Of a stretch of 64,000 bases of DNA, positions 55,846-64,000 are shown piece after piece. Both the position numbers and the translations under genes were made by a program. Each line of letters opens with the position of its first letter. Positions within the stretch are counted from its first letter, which is position 1. Origin of the DNA: Alphaproteobacteria bacterium (GTDB lineage: Bacteria > Pseudomonadota > Alphaproteobacteria > UBA828); assembly GCA_963667785.2 (NCBI GenBank), contig CAXXMU010000002.1:480001-544000 (forward strand). The letters are read 5' to 3'. Below the pieces are notes generated by a model. It saw nothing but the letters and a program-made list of their open reading frames with translations, searched no databases and was not told the DNA's origin.

Positions 55846-57921
55846 CTATTCCAACGTCACGCGGTAGTTGCCGAGACCGTCCACGACGGCCGCCGCGTCC
55901 TCGGGCACGAGAACGGTCGTCGTCGCTTCCTCGACGATGGCCGGGCCCGCGATCGCGTGGCCGGGCGCAAGGTCGTCGCCGCGGTAGACCGGCACCGTGG
56001 CGTCGCCAGTGCGGCCGGGCAGGTGGACCCGGCGCTCGCCGTAGGCGTTGGCCTTGTGCGCCGGCGCGGCGCCCGAGGCCGGTGCGAGGTCCGTCGCCGC
56101 CGGGCCGATGGCGCGCACCTTCCAGGTGGTGAACTCGACCAGGTCGTCCTCGTTCTTGATCGTGTAGATGCGCTCGTGCATGCGGTGGAAGGCATCGGCC
56201 AGCCCGCCCACGTCGGCGCCGGCGAGCGCGCCGTCCCGCGCGGCAAAGGGAACCTCGATCTCCCACGACTGATACTGGTAGCGCCCGAGATAGGCGTACT
56301 CGAAGCGCTGGCCTGACGCCGCAATGCCGGCGCGGGCGAGGAAGGCGCGGCCCCGCTCCATCAGCGCGGCCAGCAGGTCGTTGACGCCGTCGAGATCGAA
56401 GCGCGCGGCATCCGTCACCAGCGTCGCGGTCTCCTCCCACACGATGTCGGAGATGAGGCCGCCGAAGGCGCTCAGCCCGGCGGAGAACTTCGGCACCATG
56501 TAGCCGGTGACGCCGAGCACCCGCGCCATCTGCCCCATGTGGAGCGCAGTGGCGCCGCCGCCGGCGACGAAGTAGCTCTCGCGCGGGTCGATCCCCTCCT
56601 GCACGGTGATGTCCTCGATCGCGGCGATCATGGTGTGATCGACCGTGCTGGCGATGGCGCGGGCCGCGGCGGCGAGCTCGATGCCGAGGGCGTCGGCGAT
56701 GGTGCCGACGGCCGTCCTGGCGGCGTCCCTGTCGAGCCGCATGCGGCCGCCGAGGAAGTAGTCGGGGTCGATGATGCCGAGCACCACGTCGGCGTCGGTC
56801 ACGGTGGGCCGCGTGCCGCCGAGCCCGTAGCAGGCGGGGCCGGGGTCGGCGCCGGCGCTCTCCGGTCCCACCCGCAGCAGCCCGCCCGCATCGACATGGG
56901 CGATGGAGCCACCGCCGGCACCCACCGAGCGCACGTCGACCTTGGGGATGCCCAGCATGTCGAACTCGGTCAGCATCGCCTCCGGCGAGATGACGAGCTG
57001 GCCGTCGCGCACCGCCGAGACGTCGAACGAGGTGCCGCCCATGTCCACGACGACGAGGTCGGGCGCGTCCGCGAGCCGGCGCGCCGCCACCGGCGCCAGT
57101 GTCGGCCCGGACATGACGCTGTAGATCGGCCGCTCGGCAATCTCGTCCGGCGGCATCATGCCGCCGAGGCAGTTCGCGATCATCAGCTCGCTCTGATAGC
57201 CGCTCTCCCTGAGGCCCCGCTCCAGCGCCTGGACGTAGGCGCTCACCACGGGCCTGAGCGCGGCGTCGATGGCCGCCGAGACGGCGCGGCGGTACTCGCG
57301 GGCGATGGGGTTGAGCCGGTGGCTCAGCGTCACCGGCACCTCGGGCCAGGCGGCGCGGACGATCTCGCCCACCCGCCGCTCGTGCTCGCCGTTCACCACC
57401 GACCAGAGCAGGCAGACGGCGACCGCCTCGACGCCGAGCGTGCGGAAGTCCTCGACCGCCGCGAGAACGTCCTCCTCGGTAAGCGGCGCGCGCTCGGCGC
57501 CGGTGGCGTCGATGCGCCCGCGCACGCCCCGAGTCCTCGGCCGGGGCACGAAGGGCTCGGGGTAGGAGAGGCGCCAGCGGAAGGGCGGCTTGCGGGGCGC
57601 CTCGCGCAGCGTGAGGATGTCGCGGAAGCCGTGGGTGCAGATCAGCCCGACGGCCGCGTGCTTGCCTTCCAGCAGCGCGTTGGTCGAGACCGTCGTGCCG
57701 TGGACGATGCGCTCCACCCGCGCCATGAAGCCCGGCAGCGCCAGCCCGTACCCCTCCGCCGCCAGCGCCAGCGCGTTCATGAAGCCCCGCTCGAAGGCGC
57801 CGGGCGTGGACGGGGTCTTGAAGATCCGCAGGTCCTGGGCGTCGTCCGAGACGACGCAGTCGGTGAACGTGCCGCCGATGTCGATGCAGACCCGGTAACG
57901 CTCGGGCGTGGGTTGGCCCAT
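55846..57921 (-). CDS. Hydantoinase A / oxoprolinase-family ATP-binding subunit (second, divergent copy)
   Basis: IDIGGTFTD, HGTTVSTN, SGP, DMGGTSFD, GAGGGS, AGGGA..LH. Confidence 0.9.
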   Translation of the reverse strand: MGQPTPERYRVCIDIGGTFTDCVVSDDAQDLRIFKTPSTPGAFERGFMNALALAAEGYGLALPGFMARVERIVHGTTVSTNALLEGKHAAVGLICTHGFRDILTLREAPRKPPFRWRLSYPEPFVPRPRTRGVRGRIDATGAERAPLTEEDVLAAVEDFRTLGVEAVAVCLLWSVVNGEHERRVGEIVRAAWPEVPVTLSHRLNPIAREYRRAVSAAIDAALRPVVSAYVQALERGLRESGYQSELMIANCLGGMMPPDEIAERPIYSVMSGPTLAPVAARRLADAPDLVVVDMGGTSFDVSAVRDGQLVISPEAMLTEFDMLGIPKVDVRSVGAGGGSIAHVDAGGLLRVGPESAGADPGPACYGLGGTRPTVTDADVVLGIIDPDYFLGGRMRLDRDAARTAVGTIADALGIELAAAARAIASTVDHTMIAAIEDITVQEGIDPRESYFVAGGGATALHMGQMARVLGVTGYMVPKFSAGLSAFGGLISDIVWEETATLVTDAARFDLDGVNDLLAALMERGRAFLARAGIAASGQRFEYAYLGRYQYQSWEIEVPFAARDGALAGADVGGLADAFHRMHERIYTIKNEDDLVEFTTWKVRAIGPAATDLAPASGAAPAHKANAYGERRVHLPGRTGDATVPVYRGDDLAPGHAIAGPAIVEEATTTVLVPEDAAAVVDGLGNYRVTLE

Positions 57922-59772
57922 CTAGCCGCCGGCCCCGCCGCCCTGCGCCTGCCGCCGCCGCGCCGTCTCCCGGCCGTCGACCTCGTGCGTGATGCCGTCG
58001 GGCGCGAGCCGCAGCGCAACGGCATAGACCTCCTCGGCCTTCTCAAGACTGAGCCAGCCGTTGTCCACCGCGCGGGCGACCGCCCGGGGCTCGCGCCGCG
58101 TCGGCTCGCCGTAGCCGCCGCCGGCCGTGGTGACGAAGCGGAACATCTCGCCGGGGACGCAGCGCTCCTCGTGGAAGGAGGGGAGCGTCACCAAAGCGCC
58201 GTCGGCGCTGCGCTTCTGGTTGACCGACGGCGCCCCGTCGCCGCCGCCGCGCACGCCCTTCGAGGGATAGGTGTCGCCGTCGCTGCAGTAGACCGCCGTC
58301 ATCTCTCCGGCGACGGGGCCGTAGACCGCCAGCGTGCCGGGCGCGCCGTCCCATTCGCCGTGGCCCAGCGTGTCGATGGCGAGCTCGCGGCACTCGAAGA
58401 GGATCGGGAACATGCTCTCGTCGACCTCGGTGGGCGAGAGGATCTGCATGCCGCCGTCCACCGGACCGCCATAGGTGATCCAGCCGTCGTGGCCGGGCAG
58501 CCCCGGCCCGCCGCCGAAGCCGATGAACATCTGGTTGACGTAGGCCTGGCCGTCGCGGCGCGGGTCCTCGCCCGAGATCACCGCGAGCCCCAGCGCCTGC
58601 TGGTAGCCGCCTTCGGCCATGCCGTGGGTCGGCCCGATCTGGGCGAAGCAGCAGGAGACGGCGTTCACCAGCCGGTCGGTGACGTTGGTGGTGGCGACCG
58701 AGGTGCCGACCGGATAGCGCGGCCGGCCGACGATGCAGTTGTCGCGCAGCAGCACCCTTATGCGCCGCGCGCTGCCCTCGTTATGGGGGATGGTGTGGTC
58801 GATGTTGTAGAAGACGCCGGCGCGGCAGGCGGCAATGGAGCAGGTCTCGCTCAGGTTCAGCCCGCCGGGGATGCAGTCGATATTGTCGCGCACGTCGACC
58901 GTGATCAGCGCCGCGTCGGGATCGACGGTCACGGAAGCCCTGACCGGAATTCCCTCGTCGGCGACACCCGGCAGGGGATCGTGCCGGTTCTCGTAGGACC
59001 AGGTGCCCGCCGGCAGCGTCCCGATGGCGGCAGCCGCGCGGCGCTCGCCATAGGCCATCCAGGCCTCGACGAAGGCGGCGACGGTCTCGGTGCCGTACTT
59101 CTCGACCAGCTCCTTGATGCGCCGCTCGGCGGTGCGGCAGGCGCCGACCTGCGCGAGGTAGTCGCCGTACCAGAGGTCGGGCACCCGCACCTTTATCCGG
59201 GCCATGCGGATGATGTCGCGGATCTCGCGGTAGCCGCGCTCGACGCGCACGCCGGGGAAGTGCAGCCCCTCCTCGTAGATGGTCTTGGCGTAGGGCAGGT
59301 AGGTGGACGGGATCGGCGCGCCGACGTCGGCGTGGTGAGCGCGCGAGACGGTCCAGAAGAGCGGCTTGCCGTCGAAGAAGACCGGCACGCAGAGGGTGAG
59401 GTCCGCGTGGTGGGTGACGCCGGTATAGGGGCAGTTGTTGAGGAAGGCGTCGCCCTCCTCGATATCGTCGAAGAGCTCCGTGAGCGGCCGGGTCGTGAGA
59501 TCGATCGCCGCCGCGTGCACCGGGATGCACTCCTCGATGCAGACCAGCCGGTGGTCGTAGGTGAGGATGGCACACGACATGTCGCGCGCGATCTTGATGA
59601 CGCCCGACTTGCTGGCGCGTAGCACGCCGTTGCTCATCTCGCGCAGGATGGCGCCGAAGCGGCTGGAGAGCACCGAAAGCATCATCGGATCGAAGTCCGG
59701 CGCGGCCGCCTCGCCGATGCCGTCTCCACCGACGACGATGGTGTCGGCCGGGAACGGGGCCTGATCGTCCAT
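57922..59772 (-). CDS. Hydantoinase B / oxoprolinase-family subunit (second copy)
   Basis: FDP, NNCPY.G.TH..D, HHADVG, Y.EGL, GGGYG.P; stop abuts the hyuA ATG; start 59772 inferred. Confidence 0.88.
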   Translation of the reverse strand: MDDQAPFPADTIVVGGDGIGEAAAPDFDPMMLSVLSSRFGAILREMSNGVLRASKSGVIKIARDMSCAILTYDHRLVCIEECIPVHAAAIDLTTRPLTELFDDIEEGDAFLNNCPYTGVTHHADLTLCVPVFFDGKPLFWTVSRAHHADVGAPIPSTYLPYAKTIYEEGLHFPGVRVERGYREIRDIIRMARIKVRVPDLWYGDYLAQVGACRTAERRIKELVEKYGTETVAAFVEAWMAYGERRAAAAIGTLPAGTWSYENRHDPLPGVADEGIPVRASVTVDPDAALITVDVRDNIDCIPGGLNLSETCSIAACRAGVFYNIDHTIPHNEGSARRIRVLLRDNCIVGRPRYPVGTSVATTNVTDRLVNAVSCCFAQIGPTHGMAEGGYQQALGLAVISGEDPRRDGQAYVNQMFIGFGGGPGLPGHDGWITYGGPVDGGMQILSPTEVDESMFPILFECRELAIDTLGHGEWDGAPGTLAVYGPVAGEMTAVYCSDGDTYPSKGVRGGGDGAPSVNQKRSADGALVTLPSFHEERCVPGEMFRFVTTAGGGYGEPTRREPRAVARAVDNGWLSLEKAEEVYAVALRLAPDGITHEVDGRETARRRQAQGGGAGG

Positions 59773-59777
59773 GCCGG

Positions 59778-61475
59778 CTACACCAGGTTGCGCAGGGACG
59801 CGAGGTCGAAGGCGTCGTCCACGTCGAGCCAGTGGCCGGTCACGTAGAGGACGTCGACGGCGACGCCCCGGGCGATCAGGCGGGCGAAGAGCTGGGGCAG
59901 GTCGGCCGTGTCCAGGGTGCCGTCCTTCGCCATGGCATCCAGCTCGGCCCGCACCTCCGCCGCGCCCGCGGCGCTCAGCCTGGTGAGGCCGATGAACTCG
60001 CCGTGGGCGTCGTCTGCGCCGGCGCTGTCGCTCCAGATCGCCTCCAGCGTCACGCGCTCGTCGTCGAGGTAGCTGCCGGTGAAGGGCCGCGAGCAGCGCA
60101 CCCAGTCGACGGCACGGTCGGGCGCGCGGGAGGAATCCGTCCGCCGCCTCGCGTCCACCACCGTCACGATGTCGCCGTCTGCGGCGAGGAGGCCGTCCAG
60201 TAGATGGCGGCGGAAGAGGATGTCGCCGTAGGAGATGAGACACGGCCCGTAGAGGCGGTTCCCGGCGCAGGCCAGCGAGGCGGCTTCGCCGGTCTCGTCG
60301 TAGCGGTCGTTGTCGACCGCCTCGATCCCGGCCAGGGCGATCGCCTCCTTGCAGTAGCCGCGCACCACCGTGACGTCGATCAGGCCGCTCTTGTTGAGGG
60401 TGCGGATGAGGCGCTGGAGCAGGGGCTCGCCGCGCACGTCGATCATGCACTTCGGCCGCCGCTCGGTAAGCGGGCCGAGCGCCGCGCCGCGCGAGGCCGC
60501 GAGCAGAATCGCGCGATGGCCTCCGCCGGCGGCGAGGTAGCGGGCCTCGGCCGCCGCAAGTTCAGCCTGGCCGGTCAGCTCGAACACCTCGCGCACCGGC
60601 GTGATTTCGCCTTCGACGGCGGTGAGCGATTCGCTCTCCTTGATGGCCCGGCTCACCTGGCGCATCGCCGTGACCGCCGCCCGCATGTTGTGATTGGCCC
60701 AGATCACCATGGAGACGCCGGCCTCGCGGAACGCCTGGGTCGGCGTCCGGTGATACATGGTCGGCACGATCACCACCGGCGCGCGGGCGCCCCAGGAGGC
60801 GCAGAAGTCGGTGATCTCGTCGGCGGTCTCCCGCTTGGAGTGGATCAGCACCGCGTCGGCACCGGCCCGCTGGTAGGCCTCCGCGCGGCGCAGCGCCTCG
60901 TCCATGCCCCAGCCGGCGATCAGCGCCTCGACGCGGGCCACGAGCTGGAAGTCGTCGTCGCTCTGGCTGTCCTTGCCCGCCTTGATGCGGCCGCAGAACT
61001 CGTCAACGTCCGCCAGCGGCTGGTTCTCGCCGATGAACGAGTTGGTCTTGGGGAAGAGCTTGTCCTCGATGCAGACGCCGGCGATGCCGCGCTGGCACAG
61101 CTTCCTCACCAGACGGCGCACGTTGTTGAAGTTGCCGTAGCCGGTGTCGCCATCCACGAGGATCGGTATCGCGGTGGCGTCCGCCATGAACTCCAGCATC
61201 TCGAGCACCTGGGTCCACGAGGCCTCGTTGCTGTCGCGCACGCCGAGCGCTGCCGACATCGAGAGGCCCGAAGCCCAGACGCCCTCGAAGCCGGCCTCCT
61301 CAACGATCTTGGCGGAGAGGCCGTTGTGCGCCTCCATGATGAAGGCGAGCGCGGGGGACTGCAGCAGGTCGCGCAGCCGCGTCGTCTTGGCGGGCGCCTC
61401 TGCCCGGGCGCTGCCGATGGGGAGAGTCCGTGCCATGGTGGATAGCCGCTTCGTCGCCTGTTCGTCCATGAACAT
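59778..61475 (-). CDS. pepM: Phosphoenolpyruvate mutase fused to a C-terminal nucleotidyltransferase (AepX/PntC-like)
   Basis: [39 protein letters not shown] (PEP mutase signature), ARVEA, IHS; C-terminal LAASRG..L..LT..RPKCM, RGY, SYGDI, W.DVD. Start may be 61469 or 61436. Confidence 0.93.
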   Translation of the reverse strand: MFMDEQATKRLSTMARTLPIGSARAEAPAKTTRLRDLLQSPALAFIMEAHNGLSAKIVEEAGFEGVWASGLSMSAALGVRDSNEASWTQVLEMLEFMADATAIPILVDGDTGYGNFNNVRRLVRKLCQRGIAGVCIEDKLFPKTNSFIGENQPLADVDEFCGRIKAGKDSQSDDDFQLVARVEALIAGWGMDEALRRAEAYQRAGADAVLIHSKRETADEITDFCASWGARAPVVIVPTMYHRTPTQAFREAGVSMVIWANHNMRAAVTAMRQVSRAIKESESLTAVEGEITPVREVFELTGQAELAAAEARYLAAGGGHRAILLAASRGAALGPLTERRPKCMIDVRGEPLLQRLIRTLNKSGLIDVTVVRGYCKEAIALAGIEAVDNDRYDETGEAASLACAGNRLYGPCLISYGDILFRRHLLDGLLAADGDIVTVVDARRRTDSSRAPDRAVDWVRCSRPFTGSYLDDERVTLEAIWSDSAGADDAHGEFIGLTRLSAAGAAEVRAELDAMAKDGTLDTADLPQLFARLIARGVAVDVLYVTGHWLDVDDAFDLASLRNLV

Positions 61476-61640
61476 GCGGTATCACGATGATATAAAAGGG
61501 TAACGACAAGCCGGTGCCGATGCAACGCGGCGCCCCATGTCCTTCCCTTATCGGGAGTCCTGCGCGACGGTGCATCGTGAACCACGAGAATGCGCCGGCC
61601 CCGCGGCGCCTCCCGGCGCGATCTGAGAAGACGGAGCCGC

Positions 61641-62807
61641 ATGTCAGCAGTCGATCACGACCCTATCGCCTTCATCGACCTCGGCGCGCAGTACCGGCGC
61701 CTGAGGCAGGACATCGACTCCGCCATCGAAGGGGTTCTCGAGGACGGCCGCTTCGTCATGGGGCCGGAGGTGGCCGGGTTGGAGACGGCGCTCGCGGCGC
61801 GCGCCGGCGCGGCATGCGCCGTCACCTGCGCGAGCGGCACCGACGCCCTGCTGATCGCGCTGATGGCCGAGGGAGTCGGCCCCGGCGACGCGGTCTTCGT
61901 GCCGGGCTTCACCTTCCCCGCGACGGCGGGCGTGGTGGCGCTGCTGGGTGCAGCGCCCGTCTTCGTCGACGTCGAGGACGCGAGCTGCCTGATGGACGCG
62001 GACGATCTTGCCGCGAGGGTTGCCCGCACGGCGGCGGAGGGGAGGCTCGTTCCGAAGGCGGTGATCGCGGTGGACCTGTTCGGCCAGGCGGCGGACTACG
62101 AGACGCTCGCGCCGCTCGCGGCGGAGCACGGGATGCTGCTGATCGACGACGCGGCCCAGAGCTTCGGCGGGGCGAGCGGCGGCCGGCCCGTCGGCGCGCT
62201 CGCACCGGTCACCACCACCAGCTTCTATCCGGCCAAGCCGCTCGGCTGCTATGGCGACGGCGGCGCCCTCTTCACCGACGACGAGGCGCGCGCGGCCCGC
62301 TGGCGCTCGATCCGCGAGCACGGCGCGGGCGCCGGCAAGTACGACATCGTTCGTATCGGCCTCAACAGCCGCATGGATACGCTGCAGGCGGCGATCCTGC
62401 AGGTGAAGCTCGCCGCCTTCGACGCCGAGATCGAAGCGCGCGAGCGGGTCGCGGGGTGGTACGATTCGGCACTGGCCGGCGTCGTCGAACTGCCGGGCCG
62501 GCTGCCCGGCCGGCGCTCGACCTGGGCGCAATACACGGTCCGGCTGCCGCGCCGCGACGCGGTGCAGACGGCGCTTGCGGAGCGGGGCGTCCCGACAGCG
62601 GTCCATTACCCGGTGCCGATGCACCTGCAGCCGGCCTACGACGCCGCCGGCTCCGGCCCCGGCTCCCTGCCGGTCAGCGAACGGCTGAGCCGGCAGGTTC
62701 TCAGCCTGCCCATGCACCCCGACCTCGACGAGGCCACGGCAGGGCGGATCGCCGCCGCGGTGCGGGATGCCGTGCGCGATGTCGCACGCGATGCGGCGGG
62801 GGCCTGA
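61641..62807 (+). CDS. DegT/DnrJ/EryC1/StrS nucleotide-sugar aminotransferase (WbpE-like)
   Basis: FIDL.AQY, ASGTDAL, VDLFGQ, DDAAQSFG, SFYPAKPLGCYGDGG, NSR.DT.QAA, SLPMHP. Confidence 0.9.
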   Translation: MSAVDHDPIAFIDLGAQYRRLRQDIDSAIEGVLEDGRFVMGPEVAGLETALAARAGAACAVTCASGTDALLIALMAEGVGPGDAVFVPGFTFPATAGVVALLGAAPVFVDVEDASCLMDADDLAARVARTAAEGRLVPKAVIAVDLFGQAADYETLAPLAAEHGMLLIDDAAQSFGGASGGRPVGALAPVTTTSFYPAKPLGCYGDGGALFTDDEARAARWRSIREHGAGAGKYDIVRIGLNSRMDTLQAAILQVKLAAFDAEIEARERVAGWYDSALAGVVELPGRLPGRRSTWAQYTVRLPRRDAVQTALAERGVPTAVHYPVPMHLQPAYDAAGSGPGSLPVSERLSRQVLSLPMHPDLDEATAGRIAAAVRDAVRDVARDAAGA

Positions 62808-62870
62808 AGGCGGCCCGATGGCGGAGGGCGGCACACCGGCGGTCGGGCGGCCGGGACTCCGAGGCCGCTC

Positions 62871-64000
62871 TTGAGCCGGGAGCCCGCGCCCGGCGCGGCC
62901 ACCCGCTGGGACATCGTGCTGATGGCGCTCGGCGCCGGGATCCTGGCCGGCTTTCAGGTCGGCAAGGTGCCGCCGGCATTGCCGGTGCTGCGAGAAAGCC
63001 TCGGCCTCGACCTCGTCACCGCAGGCTTCCTGACCTCGATCTACTATGCGATCGGCGCCGTCTTCGCTGTGGCCGTGGGGCTGCTCTCCGATCAGGCAGG
63101 CCCGCGGCGCCTGATGCTCGCCGGTGTCGTCTTCCTCGGCGCGGGCAGCCTCCTCGGCGGCCTGGTGAGCGGCAGCACCCTGCTGCTGGTGGCGCGCTTC
63201 GTCGAGGGATTCGGCTTCGTCGGCGTGACCGTGACCGCGCCCAAGCTGATCGCCGCGGCCGCCCGCCCCCGCGACCAGGGCCTCGCCTTCGGCATCTGGG
63301 GCGCCTACATGCCGCTCGGCATGGCCATCGCCATGCTGATCGCGCCGTCGCTGCTCGACGCCGTGGGCTGGCGCGGCTTCTGGCTCGTGAGCGCGGCGCT
63401 GGCGGCGCTCTTCGGGGTGGCGCTGGGCTGGAGCCTGCACCCGCGCCGCTGGCCGGTCGTCTTCGTCGCCGAGGCGCTCGACTGGTCCGGCGTGGGCGCG
63501 ACGCTCTCGCGCGCGGCGCTCTGGCTCTTCGGCCTCTCGTTCGCGCTCTACACGCTGCAGTGGTTCGCCATCATGACCTGGCTGCCCACCTTCCTGATCG
63601 AGACCCAGGGGCGCAGCGCATCCGGCGCGGCCATATGGGGCGCGATGGTGGTGGCGGTCAACGCGCTGGGCAATTTCGCCGCCGCCTGGCTGATGCACCG
63701 GCGCGCGCCGCGCTGGGCGCTGGTCGGAATCGCCTTCTGCGCGATGGGGGGCGCGTCCGCCGGTGTGTTCATCGCCGGCACCCCGGGCGACCTCAAGGTC
63801 GTGCTCGCGTTCGTCTTCAGCGCCGTCGGCGGGCTGCTGCCCGCGGCCGCGATCGCCGGCGCCGCCGCGCACGCGCCGCGCGCGGCCTTCGTCGCCATGG
63901 CGAGCGGCTTCGTGGTGCAGGGCGCCGCCCTCGGCAGCCTGCTGGGGCCGCCGGTGATGGCGGCTGCGGTGGAGGGGCTCGGCGGGTGGGCCGCCTCCTG
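62871..64000 (+). CDS. MFS transporter (CynX/NimT-like), truncated by the window end
   Basis: My translation from TTG 62871: ...WDIVLMALGAGILAGFQVGKVPPALP..., SD..G.RR, ARFVEG.GF, WGAYMPLG; still open at 64000. Confidence 0.8.
   Translation, partial: MSREPAPGAATRWDIVLMALGAGILAGFQVGKVPPALPVLRESLGLDLVTAGFLTSIYYAIGAVFAVAVGLLSDQAGPRRLMLAGVVFLGAGSLLGGLVSGSTLLLVARFVEGFGFVGVTVTAPKLIAAAARPRDQGLAFGIWGAYMPLGMAIAMLIAPSLLDAVGWRGFWLVSAALAALFGVALGWSLHPRRWPVVFVAEALDWSGVGATLSRAALWLFGLSFALYTLQWFAIMTWLPTFLIETQGRSASGAAIWGAMVVAVNALGNFAAAWLMHRRAPRWALVGIAFCAMGGASAGVFIAGTPGDLKVVLAFVFSAVGGLLPAAAIAGAAAHAPRAAFVAMASGFVVQGAALGSLLGPPVMAAAVEGLGGWAAS

Noticed and set aside
1668-60450. Apparent long fusion ORFs (1668-3284, 4790-7390, 23144-25876, 26397-27149, 36143-37636, 39962-42262, 57922-60450)
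   Set aside because: Their N-terminal parts are Arg/Pro/Gly-rich off-frame reads of the upstream real genes; a plausible internal start precedes each conserved domain.
62818-62874. ATG at 62818 as MFS start or a frameshifted pseudogene
   Set aside because: That frame stops after 18 codons, while the TTG at 62871 gives an intact MFS N-terminus, so no frameshift is needed.
22-63872. Many long antisense or alternative-frame ORFs (e.g. 22-1494, 8336-11023, 14217-16709, 52095-54914, 56539-59622, 61644-63872)
   Set aside because: Shadow ORFs expected in about 70% GC DNA; they overlap well-supported genes and show no family motifs.
1-64000. tRNA/rRNA genes, IS elements, integrases, prophage, known riboswitches
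   Set aside because: I recognised no such motifs by eye; a tRNAscan/Infernal/ISEScan run would be needed to exclude them formally.

Overview
High-GC (about 68-70% by eye) alphaproteobacterial chromosome segment, probably Rhodospirillales/Kiloniellales-like (inferred from the three-gene pntAA-pntAB-pntB layout and gene content). It is densely coding, with about 55 CDS. I found no tRNA, rRNA, CRISPR array, transposase or integrase. From left to right it contains: (1) a Tat-exported polyamine-type ABC importer plus a hydantoinase/oxoprolinase A/B pair, converging on an ICL-superfamily lyase and a proline-iminopeptidase-like hydrolase; (2) a complete TMAO sensing, uptake and demethylation locus (torT/torS/torR, tmoXWV, tdm); (3) a Liv-type ABC importer with an atypical fold-IV aminotransferase; (4) sbmA/bacA-like, erpA, xth, GFA, VOC, dipeptidase, GATase and iorAB-like genes; (5) a housekeeping block (S49 peptidase, tRNA methyltransferase, ispB, sixA, acyl-CoA ligase, pcm, purKE, rpsU, pnt, ubiB-like); (6) a stand-alone gene for a secreted 67-aa peptide with ten cysteines at exact 3-residue spacing; (7) ACC deaminase and small hydrolase/methyltransferase genes; (8) a PEP mutase-nucleotidyltransferase fusion running directly into a second hydantoinase B/A pair, with no phosphonopyruvate decarboxylase, divergent from a DegT aminotransferase and an MFS gene. 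The best candidates for new biology are the (Cxx)10 peptide, the pepM-hydantoinase operon, and a signal-peptide-bearing PIMT paired with a large SAM-domain membrane protein. All product calls come from motif recognition; no database searches were run.
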